The notes: generated by a model from the letters alone, not told the origin. DNA of 63,476 nucleotides, filler included, from Saprolegnia diclina VS20 (GCF_000281045.1; 3 parts of 2 records of this genome joined end to end with filler, not necessarily neighbours in it), one strand, 5' to 3'; shown: positions 51,601-61,892, counted from the whole stretch's first letter. Numbers and translations are program-made.

Positions 51601-51808
51601 CGACGTTGGAAGCGCGATAACGTTGACGTCCGGGGTTTCGACTGCAGCGAGTGGCGGGAAAACATCTCTATTTGGTGGTGCCGGCCTCGTCGGTGGCAAC
51701 GTGGAGTTGTCAGGTGGTGTCGGCAGCTCGTCTTCGGGTCTCGGCGGCGGCAACGTCGTTCTAACTGGCGGTGTCGGGTCGGCAAGTACCGGCGGAAGTA
51801 TCAATCTT
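24665..51808 (+). CDS. Giant Gly/Ser/Ala/Thr-rich repeat protein (at least 9,048 aa; partial at both ends), predicted beta-solenoid/filamentous
   Basis: One stop-free frame fills the whole 27.1-kb contig. It has about 600 units of G-x-[IV]-x-[LI]-x-[STA]-G-x5-7. Amino-acid periodicity is conserved while synonymous sites vary freely, which indicates real coding sequence. Confidence 0.9.
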
Positions 51809-51908
51809 NNNNNNNNNNNNNNNNNNNNNNNNNNNNNNNNNNNNNNNNNNNNTTAATTAATTAANNNNNNNNNNNNNNNNNNNNNNNNNNNNNNNNNNNN
51901 NNNNNNNN
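51809..51908. other. Artificial contig-joining linker (44 N + TTAATTAATTAA + 44 N)
   Basis: TTAATTAATTAA at 51853-51864 supplies the apparent stop of the giant ORF in the ORF track. Confidence 0.95.
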
Positions 51909-51973
51909 TCAATCGACCAGTACTAATCATAGTTGTCGTATTTTTAGTCGTAATAAATCCATCGGGAAAGGCG

Positions 51974-53798
51974 ATGCCCACGACGCGGGTGCACGTCGTC
52001 CCCGGCCTCTCGACGACCTCGTCGCGCCATCGCGTCAAGCGCAATGTGCTCGGCTTTGTTGTAAGCATGACCATGCTCGTCAACATCTTCTCCATGGTGC
52101 GTTGCTCGCCTCGAGCATTCATTTTGTTGACTCGAGTGTCGTAGCCGATGAAAGCGTACTTTTCCGAGCTCCCGCCGTGGGCGACCCTCTCGACACCCCC
52201 GACGTACGCCAACGACTCGGACTTTAGCCGGTACACATTGGCCAATATGCAAGCGGCGTACAATGAAGCGACGCTACCCCCCGACGTGTACTACGACGAC
52301 ATGCGCCGGAGCGTCCAGGTCATGCGTCAAGTCGTGATTATGGACACTGTCGTCTCGGACGACGACTGCCTCGCGCGGTTTCTTGTCGGTAAACCCATCG
52401 CCTTGTACTATGGCGTCAACATCCGGAATGTGCTGTGCGCGTTCGCGGCCGCCAACCACTCGCAGGACACGACGATGGCGTCCTGGGACCGCCACGGCGC
52501 GTGCATGCACTTTACGTACATGTCATTTCTGATTGGCCACAACTGCGTCTGGCTGCGCGCTGGCAACGAAATCGACGGCTCGAACGCGCTACGAACGTAT
52601 ACGATTGTGGCTGCCCATGCCGTGTATGAGTTCAAGGCGTGGTACTGGTTCAAGTTTGTCTACCGCGTGTGTCTCTCCTGCTTTGTGCTGTACCTCATGT
52701 GGACCAAGTACTACGTTCACTGCCTTGCGCTCGAAGACACTCTCAAGCGGTACGGGCACCGCGACAATATCGACAAACCGGGTCGCTGGCGCTGCGAGGT
52801 CGTGTACGGCGACCCGACCGCCATCATCCTCATGCACCCAAGCGTCACGGCCTTCTTCTTCCTCGACTGCTGGTTTAGCGTCGAGACCCTCTCGGTCGCC
52901 ATCCCAAGAGCGTCCCAGAGCGCCGACATCGGAATCATGCTGCTCGGCTTCATGTATCTCTCACGGACCGTACGCAACATCTGTTGCACGACCTTCATTC
53001 GACGTTGCGGAATGCATGTGTATAGGTATGGTATGCGTACGCGGCCATGTGCGTGACTGCAGCGATCCTCAAGCGCCGCCGCAACGAGCACGCATTCGCC
53101 GAAGTCGACCCGACGATCGTTGCGGTCGCTGCGACCTTGTACGGGCCCGCGATCACGTGGGCGATGGGCAACTACTACGGGCTTCTCGCGGCATATATTT
53201 ACCTCTTCCAGTGCACGCTGCCGGCAGCCGCCAAGGGCTACTACATCGAGGGCGGTCTTTGCTCGGTCCTCTATACGATTAGCATTGCGTGCATCCCCAT
53301 CCTGTACGGCTACGTTTCGGCGGCATGGTGTCGGGGTACGTACCCGCCCCCAAAGCAAGCGTTCTGAGGCTCGATACAGGCGGCGCCCGGGTCCAAACAC
53401 TCTCGAGCCTCACGTCCGTGTATGCGAGCTTCCGCTACAACAGCGTCAAAACCAGAGCGCTCTTTGCACTGCTGCGATGGATGTACCCCGACACGAACGC
53501 CCGCGTGCCCGAGATTGGCGGCTCCGTCTACACCCTCTTTCGTCGAAACGCGCGCTACAAGCGGTCGCCGACGATTGGGTTTCGAAGCGTCGACGTCTTT
53601 GTCTACTGCTACAAGGACAATGTGCTCGTCGAGCGTCTCCGCCTCAGCTTGCTCGAGAGCTTGGACCGGAATCTCACGACACCATCGCTCGCTGTACTGG
53701 ACGCCACGACGCCGTCCGACTTCAACTTGAACGTTCTCGAGACCACGCAGCCGCCACGGCTGGCGCGTGCGCGTCGACCAACGACTTGGTGTCTCTAG
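51974..53798 (+). CDS. Uncharacterised oomycete-type multi-pass membrane protein, 4 exons
   Basis: ATG 51974. Introns 52097-52144, 52970-53025 and about 53336-53379. Spliced motifs PMKAYFSE, YGDPTAII, YLSRTVWYAY and GGSVYTLF resemble an expanded oomycete TM family (recognised from memory). Confidence 0.75.
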
Positions 53799-54001
53799 TC
53801 GTCATATGTCGACTACGCTCTTTTCCGACTATAAACCTGCCACCCCGTGCAGGTTTAGCATCGCATTCTTGTCTCATAGTCATTTTCGGCTTATCGATAG
53901 AGTAGAAAAAACACTAAAATACTAGAATGCAGGTATCGCAATTCATGTTTAGTGGAAAATATGGAAACGACGGGACCGATAGATAACAGCAACGACGCTG
54001 T

Positions 54002-57000
54002 CTACTCGACGAGCGACGCGCCGACGTGCATGAGGCTCGTGGCGCGGAACCCTTCGCCAAAGCAGTCGGCTTGCACGTAGCCCTGCAACTGCCCGAGCCA
54101 CTGCCCGGACGCCGACTCGTCCAGCGCCTGCTCCAGCGCGACCGCAGTCGACGTCATGTACGTGAGCATGTTGGCCAGCACCGCGCGCTCGAGAAGCGCG
54201 TGCTCGTGCCCGAGGTGCGCCAGCGGCTGTGTCTGCCACTCCTTGAGCTTGCGGCAGACGCTCAGCACCACGTGGCGCGTCGCAATGTGCGGGCTCTCGC
54301 GCAGCCGGAGGTAGCTCAGCACGACCGCGCCGTACCGGGCCCAGAGCGGGATCGCCGCTTGGTGCGGCTCGAGTGCTTGGAGCGTGCTGCCGAGCTCGGC
54401 CGTCTCGCCGCGAAAGAGGCGCGGGATCGCGACGTGAAGCAGGAGCACACGGTGCGCGTGGTCGTAGTTGCCCGCGCGCATGTAGTGGTCGACCGCCGAG
54501 ACGTGCGCGCCGATCGCCATTGCGCTGGTCGCCATTGCGTCGTGGAACCACTCGGTCGGCACGAGGTCGTGGAGCGACGCCAAGAGACCGTCGGTGGCAC
54601 CCGCCTTGTGCAGGAGCGAGAGGACCGTGGCCTTGCGCGCAGCTGCGTCTGGGATCGTCAGGCCCACGTAGATAGCATCGGCGACACGCCCGGCGTCGAG
54701 CAGCGTCGAGATGTAGTTGGACGTGAGCAGCGCGGCTTGCTTGGGCGAGAGGCGGAGCGACTGACCAGGCAAGTGCGAGAGGACGTCATAGAGGTGCCAC
54801 GCCGCGTCGGCCTCGAGCACGTTGAGCAGCGGCACCAACGAGGCTTTTGCGCCCACCGCGACGTTCAGAAGCTCCATGATCGGGTCCGACTTGAGGTGGA
54901 GGAGCGGCGGCTTGCACTGCTGCGCAGCGACGGCGCGCGTGAACGTATCGACAGCGGATGCTAGCGACTGCGGGCCTTGGGCAAACCAAAACACGATCGC
55001 AAGCGACTGGAGCCAGTCGAGGTGGGACAGACGCTGCGTCACGACCGCAAACGACCCCGCGAGGAGCGAGTAGATCCACGCGAGCTCGGGCTCCATAAAC
55101 TGAAGCGCGTCATTGGTCGCCCACGCCTCGAGCTGCTGCAAGAGCGCGGCGCGGAAGTCGCCGTCGCGGTGCGTCGACGCTTGCGCAATCAACGTCGCAA
55201 GGCGAAAGTTGCCGAGCGACGCGGCCATCGACGCGGCGTCCACAAGGCGGTGCTGGCACAAGAGCGAGAGCACGTTCTGGAGCGACGGCATCGACGACGA
55301 CGTCGGGCACGTCACGGCCTTTTCAAACCACTGATTGAGGTAAGTATGGCGACGATCAAACGCTGGGAGATCGTTGAGCGTCAATGGCGCGTTCGAGATC
55401 GGGGCCAAGTACGGTGCGCCATGCTCTTGGCCATACAGGGCCGCCACAAGGCCCCAGAGGAGACCGTCGTGGCCAGTCGTAGCCGCCGACGTAAACCCAG
55501 AGAGGAGCCCCGACACGTCGGCCGGCAGCGTCACGTGATACGACAACGGGTCTTGACGGCTCACGCTTCGGTGCGCAGTGAGGAGCGACGTCCCGGTGGC
55601 CGGCGTCCGGGCGTAGATTGCCACGCGCTGCGCCGCGTGCGTCGTCACAAGGTCGCCCTGCGGACCAAACGAAGCACGAAACGACCGGCCGAGAAAAATG
55701 CCAAGGTCGAGCGACTTGAGCGGCGCGTTCCAGAGGCCAAGGACCGTCGACGTCGACGGCGTCACGACAGGGTACACGGTGAGCGACCGAGGCACTGGGG
55801 CCGACGGCGTCGCAGGCACTGGCTCGACGACCGCGAGGCGGCTCGCCGAGAGCGTCGGGACCGGCGTCACCACCTTTTCAGCTTCCGACGGCAAGTACAT
55901 AGCCGAGAGTTCGTGCAGCCGGTGCGGGTTGAGCTGCAACTGCGTCGCGACCTGCTGGAGCCCGGCAGCATCGGTCGCCGTTGCTTGCTCGTCGTCGCTC
56001 TCGTCGTCGTCGAGGCCGTACCGGCTAAAGTGCTCGACGCGGAACTTCCACACGCCGGCGTCCGGGTTGTAGTCGACGTGCGTCGCGTCCATCGTCTCGG
56101 TGCGCGCAATGACGCGCTCAATGTACTTTTCACGCTTGGCGTCTTGCGTCGGCGGGTACACCTGGAGGAGCTCGACAAGCGCCGGGCGGTTGAGGCCGCT
56201 CCCGAGCGCGTGCTTGCTGTCTTCATCCGGGTAGACGACCACCTCGCGCGTCGAGAAGAGCACGAGGTCGTCCAAGTTGAGGTTGGTCACGTCCGTCGCA
56301 CCGTACCACTGCACACAGCCGAGGCCCTTGCAACCGACGGCAAAGTTGTCGACGTTCTGGAGCTCCTTGGTCGTCATCGTGCGAAGCTGCGAGAGATCCG
56401 GCATCGTGTAGTACCCCTCTTTGGTCAACGTCGGCGCCAACGGGTTCTCGGCCACCGATGCAAATGCCGACGTCGACGCGCTCGTGGCCGACGCGTAGAA
56501 CGAGTCGAAGCTCACAAACGGCTGGGCGGCCACGACCTCGAGAGATCCGTGAGCGAATGACGCCGCCGTCATCGACGCATTGATCGGCGCCCCGTCAAAG
56601 TGCACGTCAAACGCGCCTGTGAGCCCGGCCTTTTCGCCAATCAGCGCGCGGACATCGGCGCCGGTCGCGAGCGCGTCGACTTGGACCTCGAGCGTCGTCT
56701 TGGACGGCAGCGAGACCGAGAGCGTCACGGTCGCCGCGGTCGACGACGCTTCGGTCTCGGCCGGAATCACATGCGGCGCGGTCGGCGGCGGCACCCGGCG
56801 CACCTTTGGCGGCGTGTCAATGTTGAGCTGTTTGGTCGCAATGCTCTTGAACTTGGTCGTCGCAAAGCTAAAGTCGGCGGCCGGTGCACTCGCCGTCTCG
56901 TCGAGCAGGCGGCGCGCGGGCGTCGGCGCCGAAACGGTCGTCTTGGGCACGCTCAGAAACGTCGGGACGGTCGCGACCGGGCGCATGAGCGACGACGGGC

Positions 57001-59245
57001 GCTGGTACTCGACCGCGTCGACGGCCTTGGACCGCGGCATCGCGTTCGGCACGGGGAGCGTCAGCGTCGTCTTGATCTGCTGCTCAATGAGACCGGCGCC
57101 AAACGAGCCAGCGCCGTACGGGTTCGCGTCGTGGCCCGCAACAAGCGTCGTCGGCGCCGCGGGGGCTGTCGGCTGCCCAAAGCCGCCCGTTTGGGTCGGC
57201 GCCCCAAACCCGCCGGGTGTCGAGAAGAGCGATCCGCCAAAGCCTTGCGTCGCACCGCCCGTGGCCGCGGGCTTGTTGAAGAGGCTCGCGCCGGGGGTGG
57301 AACCAAAGCCGCTCGTAGTGTTGCTGCTACCGCCAAAGCTAAACGGAGCCGGCGTCGTGGACGCCGTCGATCCGCCGCCAAACATCGACGTTCCGGTTGT
57401 CGGAGTGCCAAAGCCGCCGGTGGTCGGCGGTGTCGCTGTCGTTGAGCCGAAGCCACCGAACGTCGAGGTTTGCGGCTTTGGAGCGCCAAACGAGCCAAAG
57501 CCACCCGCGGTACCGCTGGTCGTGTTGGAGGCGCCAAAGAGCCCGCCTGTCGTCGCCGGCGTCGACGGCGTCGCGCTAAAGCTGAACGCACTCGTGCTTG
57601 GCGCCGTCGAACCAAATGCACCGGCGGCAGGCGTCGACGGCTTGGCAAAGCTGAACGCGCTGTTGCTACCCCCAAACGCATTGGTGGTTTGGGCCGGCGA
57701 CGTCGTCGACTGGCCAAAGCCGCCAAAAGCACCGGTCGTCGTCGTCGTACCGGTGCCAAAGCCGCCGGCCGTCGGTTGCTGCGAGCCAAAGCCACCCGAG
57801 CCAAACGCACCACCGGGCGACGCCGTGCCAAAGCCCGACGTCGTCGTGTTGGTGTTGGTAGCGCCGAAGCCGCCAAACGCCGAGTTTGTCTGCGGCTGCG
57901 CCGGCTGCGCACCAAATGCCGACGTCGTCGTATTGCCAAACATGCTGTTGGTGGCGGTCGAGCCAAAGCCACCGGCAGCCGGCTGCTGCGAGCCAAAGCC
58001 ACCCGAGCCGAACGCCGACGGTGCCGCCGGCTGCGACCCAAACGCCGACGTCTGCTGCGACCCAAAGGCGCCGGGGGCCGCGCCAAAGGCAGATGTGGTC
58101 GTGCTGCCAAAGCCACCGCCACCAAGCGGCGGCTTGGCGCCGAACGCGCCGGTCGTGGTCGTCGGCGCAGCGCCAAAGCCGCCAAAGCCCGTGCTTGTCG
58201 TCGTCGAGGCGGTCGCGCCCGTGTTGGGCACCAAGTTGGCTTGCTGTTGCGCGGCAGCGGGGTCCGTGCGCTTGAGATAGTCTTCCCATCGGAGCTCTTC
58301 GACCGACTTGTGCTGGTACTGCGGCATCTTGGAGATCGACTGGTAGTGGATCGTCGTCGCGGGCTTGCCCTTCTCGGATTCTTGCTCGGACGACGTGACG
58401 TACGGCGGGTTGCCCGTACCGCACTGCGGCGCGCTGTTGGCCTGTGCGCCAAAACCGCCGCCGCCGCCAAACGCCGACGTGGGCTGAGCGCCAAACGCTG
58501 ACGTGGTCGCGGGTGCGGCACCAAACGGGCTCGCGGCCGCGCTGCCAAAGGCCGACGTCTGCTGCGCGGGGGCACCAAAGGCGCTCGGAGCGGCGCCAAA
58601 GCCGGTCGACGGCTGCGCGCCAAAGCCCGACGAGCCAAAGCCCGTCGACGCTGGCGCACCAAAGGCCGACGTCTGCTGCGTAGGCGCGCCGAACGCACCA
58701 GGGGCCGAGGTCGCGCCGAACGTACTGGTCGTCGCCGTGCTGCCGAAACCGCCCGTCCCGAACGCGGGCTTGGGCGCGGCTGCGCCAAACATGCCACCGC
58801 CACCGCCAAACGGACTCGCTGCGGCGGTCGTCGGCGTCGGGCCAAACGGGCTCGCGGCCGGGGCCGCGGCAGCGCCAAAGGCCGACGTTTGTTGTTGCGG
58901 CGCAGCGCCAAAGCCGCCAAAGCCGACGCTCGTGCCCGCCGAAGTGTTGCCAAAGGCCGACGTTGCAGGCGCAGCAGGCGCACCAAACGCGCTCGTCGTG
59001 CTCGCGCCAAAGGTGCTCGACGTGCCAAAGGCCGGCGACGAGTTGGCACCGCCACCAAACGGCGACGCGGCCGCCGGGGCAGCGCCGAACGGAGAGGCCG
59101 CGCCGGTCGCGGGCGCAGCGCCAAAGCCGCCAAAGCCAGTCGAAGGTTGTGATGCGCCAAAGCCGGTCGCGGGCTGCGCGGGCGCGCCGAAGCCGCCAAA
59201 GCCGCCGGCCGCCGGCGCGGCTGCTCCAAACCCTCTGAACGCCAT
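54002..59245 (-). CDS. NUP98: Nucleoporin Nup98-Nup96 precursor, intronless
   Basis: N-terminal FG repeats and a GLEBS motif YQSISKMPQYQHKSVEELRWEDY. The autoprotease domain ends in WKFRVEHF/SRYGL (HFS at 56024-56032). The Nup96 portion contains FLGRSFRASFGPQG and a helical C-terminus. Confidence 0.96.
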   Translation of the reverse strand: MAFRGFGAAAPAAGGFGGFGAPAQPATGFGASQPSTGFGGFGAAPATGAASPFGAAPAAASPFGGGANSSPAFGTSSTFGASTTSAFGAPAAPATSAFGNTSAGTSVGFGGFGAAPQQQTSAFGAAAAPAASPFGPTPTTAAASPFGGGGGMFGAAAPKPAFGTGGFGSTATTSTFGATSAPGAFGAPTQQTSAFGAPASTGFGSSGFGAQPSTGFGAAPSAFGAPAQQTSAFGSAAASPFGAAPATTSAFGAQPTSAFGGGGGFGAQANSAPQCGTGNPPYVTSSEQESEKGKPATTIHYQSISKMPQYQHKSVEELRWEDYLKRTDPAAAQQQANLVPNTGATASTTTSTGFGGFGAAPTTTTGAFGAKPPLGGGGFGSTTTSAFGAAPGAFGSQQTSAFGSQPAAPSAFGSGGFGSQQPAAGGFGSTATNSMFGNTTTSAFGAQPAQPQTNSAFGGFGATNTNTTTSGFGTASPGGAFGSGGFGSQQPTAGGFGTGTTTTTGAFGGFGQSTTSPAQTTNAFGGSNSAFSFAKPSTPAAGAFGSTAPSTSAFSFSATPSTPATTGGLFGASNTTSGTAGGFGSFGAPKPQTSTFGGFGSTTATPPTTGGFGTPTTGTSMFGGGSTASTTPAPFSFGGSSNTTSGFGSTPGASLFNKPAATGGATQGFGGSLFSTPGGFGAPTQTGGFGQPTAPAAPTTLVAGHDANPYGAGSFGAGLIEQQIKTTLTLPVPNAMPRSKAVDAVEYQRPSSLMRPVATVPTFLSVPKTTVSAPTPARRLLDETASAPAADFSFATTKFKSIATKQLNIDTPPKVRRVPPPTAPHVIPAETEASSTAATVTLSVSLPSKTTLEVQVDALATGADVRALIGEKAGLTGAFDVHFDGAPINASMTAASFAHGSLEVVAAQPFVSFDSFYASATSASTSAFASVAENPLAPTLTKEGYYTMPDLSQLRTMTTKELQNVDNFAVGCKGLGCVQWYGATDVTNLNLDDLVLFSTREVVVYPDEDSKHALGSGLNRPALVELLQVYPPTQDAKREKYIERVIARTETMDATHVDYNPDAGVWKFRVEHFSRYGLDDDESDDEQATATDAAGLQQVATQLQLNPHRLHELSAMYLPSEAEKVVTPVPTLSASRLAVVEPVPATPSAPVPRSLTVYPVVTPSTSTVLGLWNAPLKSLDLGIFLGRSFRASFGPQGDLVTTHAAQRVAIYARTPATGTSLLTAHRSVSRQDPLSYHVTLPADVSGLLSGFTSAATTGHDGLLWGLVAALYGQEHGAPYLAPISNAPLTLNDLPAFDRRHTYLNQWFEKAVTCPTSSSMPSLQNVLSLLCQHRLVDAASMAASLGNFRLATLIAQASTHRDGDFRAALLQQLEAWATNDALQFMEPELAWIYSLLAGSFAVVTQRLSHLDWLQSLAIVFWFAQGPQSLASAVDTFTRAVAAQQCKPPLLHLKSDPIMELLNVAVGAKASLVPLLNVLEADAAWHLYDVLSHLPGQSLRLSPKQAALLTSNYISTLLDAGRVADAIYVGLTIPDAAARKATVLSLLHKAGATDGLLASLHDLVPTEWFHDAMATSAMAIGAHVSAVDHYMRAGNYDHAHRVLLLHVAIPRLFRGETAELGSTLQALEPHQAAIPLWARYGAVVLSYLRLRESPHIATRHVVLSVCRKLKEWQTQPLAHLGHEHALLERAVLANMLTYMTSTAVALEQALDESASGQWLGQLQGYVQADCFGEGFRATSLMHVGASLVE

Positions 59246-60124
59246 CGAATTGGTTTTTGCTTCTGGTGCCAGCGGTGGCGTGTATTTAATTACACGCCAT
59301 TCAATTCGGTATACAAATCACAAGTTTAACGTCGTATGCTAATTGAAATACGGCCGGTTGCACTTGGCTACAAACATCAAGTGTATTTTGCAGTATACTG
59401 AAATCCAGATAGCAGTACGTCCGGGCAAAAGAAGTTGCTTCTGCCGGCGTGGTCGCAAGGACAGCACGTGAATGACGGTGCCCTCGTCAAGCATCGGATC
59501 TAGGCTGGGATCTAGATAGTACAATCTGTACATTCATACCAGCGATGATCCTGTCTTTTCTGGAGTCGCCGAAATTGCAGCTGGATACTTGACCAGACAC
59601 AGAACTCAGTCATGAGAGGCAGCTCACCACTGAGTGGACTAGCCATTAGTTGGAAGATAATTAGGATTCGGAGGTTGCTTATCGACAAGGGATCGCAACG
59701 AGAGAGTTCAAAGACATGGTGACGACCCCGTTAACTCTGTCCACCAATCCAAGGTCGGCATTGTCCAATGCGACGATTTGATTGGCTCGTGACGCTTTGA
59801 AACTCTCTGAAACCGCCATGACCTACCCCTGACGACATTGTCGATGGAAGACTCTACCTGTAGACCGACTAAACGTCAACTATGGACGAGCACGGGTTGT
59901 CCTCTCTCGAGACCGGTCTACAGCTTGTAGTAGGTTTAGGGAATCCATGCGAGAGGAATCAAGACGGCCGCAATACAAAGCTGCTACAGTATTATGTACC
60001 CACTCGCAGCTCGTATAACATGATCACAAAGGTTATCCAACGAACGACACGGTCCGACCCGCCGTCTTCGTCATCAAGTGCACAAGTGGAGAAGAAGTCG
60101 GCTGGTGCGACAAGCGTGGATCTC

Positions 60125-61892
60125 CTAGTGCTCGTCGTCGGCGATGCGCGCAGCGTCCGTGCCATGGCCAAAGGTCTTGCCAAGGAACATTTCCCGGTCA
60201 AAGCCATTGCCTACAGGTATACAAACTTAGAACTTGCCATTGCCAGATCCTTCACAAGCGACACACGTACTCACAAACTGCGCCTTGTCGACCTTGCGCG
60301 CCTTGTTGATGAGATCCGCCGTGTCGGCGCGGTACCCTTTCTGCGCTTGTCGACTGGTGTCGCCGCCGCAGCCCCAAATCTAGTGGCCCATTCTGGTATC
60401 TGGTCATGATTTGTTGTCTACCTCGAGCGTCTGGATCTGGAACGACGCGCGGAGCGAGAGTGAGCCAGGTGCAAACGTATTGCACTTGAGCGCCGTGTAA
60501 CACTCGTCGAGGTCCTCGTCAAAGAAGAGGCGGCACTTGCTGGTCGTACCGCCGAGACCAAGACCCCGGGGCAGCGCGACGCCTTTGGTGTTGAAGTACA
60601 TGAAGTTGGTGCCGCCAGCACTCGGACACACAAGCAAGTTGGGGCGAAGTCGGTACAGAAAGCACCCCGGGCCACCGAAAAACTTGCTCTGGTCCTTCCA
60701 CGGCGTGTCGCAGTACGCGCCAAACGTTGCTAGTTCATTCTTAGACTACATCACAGTGGACAGCGTGTCGAGAATACCGCCGTCCATGGCCGTGCACACA
60801 ATCAGCGTCGGACCTGCGTACCCGAGGAGATGGTAGCACAGGCGGTTGAAGCTTAGACCGTCCTAGATCGGGTTTTGAATATCAATGTATCAAGCCAATC
60901 GATGCATGCCTGCGTGCTGGTGTAGAGGCGGTCCCAGCTGTCTTGGAGTTGCATCGACTGGCCCGAGAGCGCAATGAGCTCGCCGCTAGCAGATAAAAAG
61001 AGCTATGAAACCTCAAGTTGGAAAAATACGACTTGTACCGGGTGAGAATGTCCGATGGGTGCGACAGGCGAGGCGCCAGGTACGACGAGCGCGTCGATGG
61101 CAGCGAGGCGAAGCACTTGTGGGCCATCCATGCGCTGAAGACCGTGTGCATGAGCGGCCATGACGCGCTCGCCCACGACACGAGGTGCGGCAGCGAGATC
61201 TCAGTGGCATGTAGGTGGAAGGAGGCGACCATGGCATCGGCCGCGCCAACGTAGGCCGCCACGTCGAGCGCGTCATCGGCCATCGCATCGGCCATCAACA
61301 GCACCGCGAGCTACCATGGGCGCATGAGCCAATGGATGGAAGAGGTCGAATACTTACAAAGAGCTGGCGCAGCTCCGACTCGGACAGCGTTCCTGTCGTC
61401 GACGCGTCAAAGATCGACCAGAGACTGCGGAGAATCGATGCCGACGACGACCGCATGCACAGCGCAGCTACAGTAGACCAACGTAGCGTCACGTGATAGC
61501 TATTGGAGGAGGTATACCGGCTTTGGCCACATGCGCCAGCGTGACCTCGTCGGTCGACGGGCCGTCAATGTCGGGCAGCGTCAAGAACGCATCGTAGAGC
61601 GCGCCGCCAAAGCGCGCGAGGATCGCCATGTCATCAGGCACAGCGCCAAGGCCAAACGTCGTCTGCGTGCGTCGTGAGATTGATGAGCGGCGAAAGGCCA
61701 TCGTACCTCGAACGCTGCGCGGTCGGCGATCGCGGCCGTTGCGAGGGCGTCGAGGCAGTCAAACTCCTAGCATTCGCCATGGTCATGAGGCGCGGGACGA
61801 GGTCGAGTCGCAGGTACCGCGTCGCTGAAGGGACCCTTGAGCGTCTCGATCTCGGCGGCCGAGTACTTGGGCGCGCTCGTCTTGTTCCCCAT
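60125..61892 (-). CDS. TLDc-domain protein with N-myristoylation motif and EF-hand-like segment (MEAK7/TLDC1-like), multi-exon
   Basis: Start MGNKTS (MGxxxS). EF-like LWSIFDASTTGTLSESEL. TLDc segments GYAGPTLIV, FGAYCDTPWK..FFGGPGCFLYRLRP, NFMYFN, GLGLGG, RLFFDEDLD and FQIQTLE/IWGCGG. Stop TAG at 60125-60127. Confidence 0.82.

Noticed and set aside
25009..51804. Many Pro-rich minus-strand ORFs opposite the giant gene
   Set aside because: Antisense reading of Gly codons. They are frequently interrupted by stops, unlike the plus frame.
51809..51908. Stop codon of the giant ORF at 51854-51856 and the TTG start at 24758 given in the ORF track
   Set aside because: The stop comes from the artificial TTAATTAATTAA linker, and the frame is already open from 24665. 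Neither is a real terminus.
21761..53798. Functional gene cluster linking the giant protein to the flanking membrane-protein genes
   Set aside because: Artificial linkers separate the contigs, so adjacency is not evidence of linkage.
54026..59342. Long plus-strand ORFs with PKP/PNA repeats opposite NUP98
   Set aside because: They are the reverse complement of the FG repeats and GC-biased codons.
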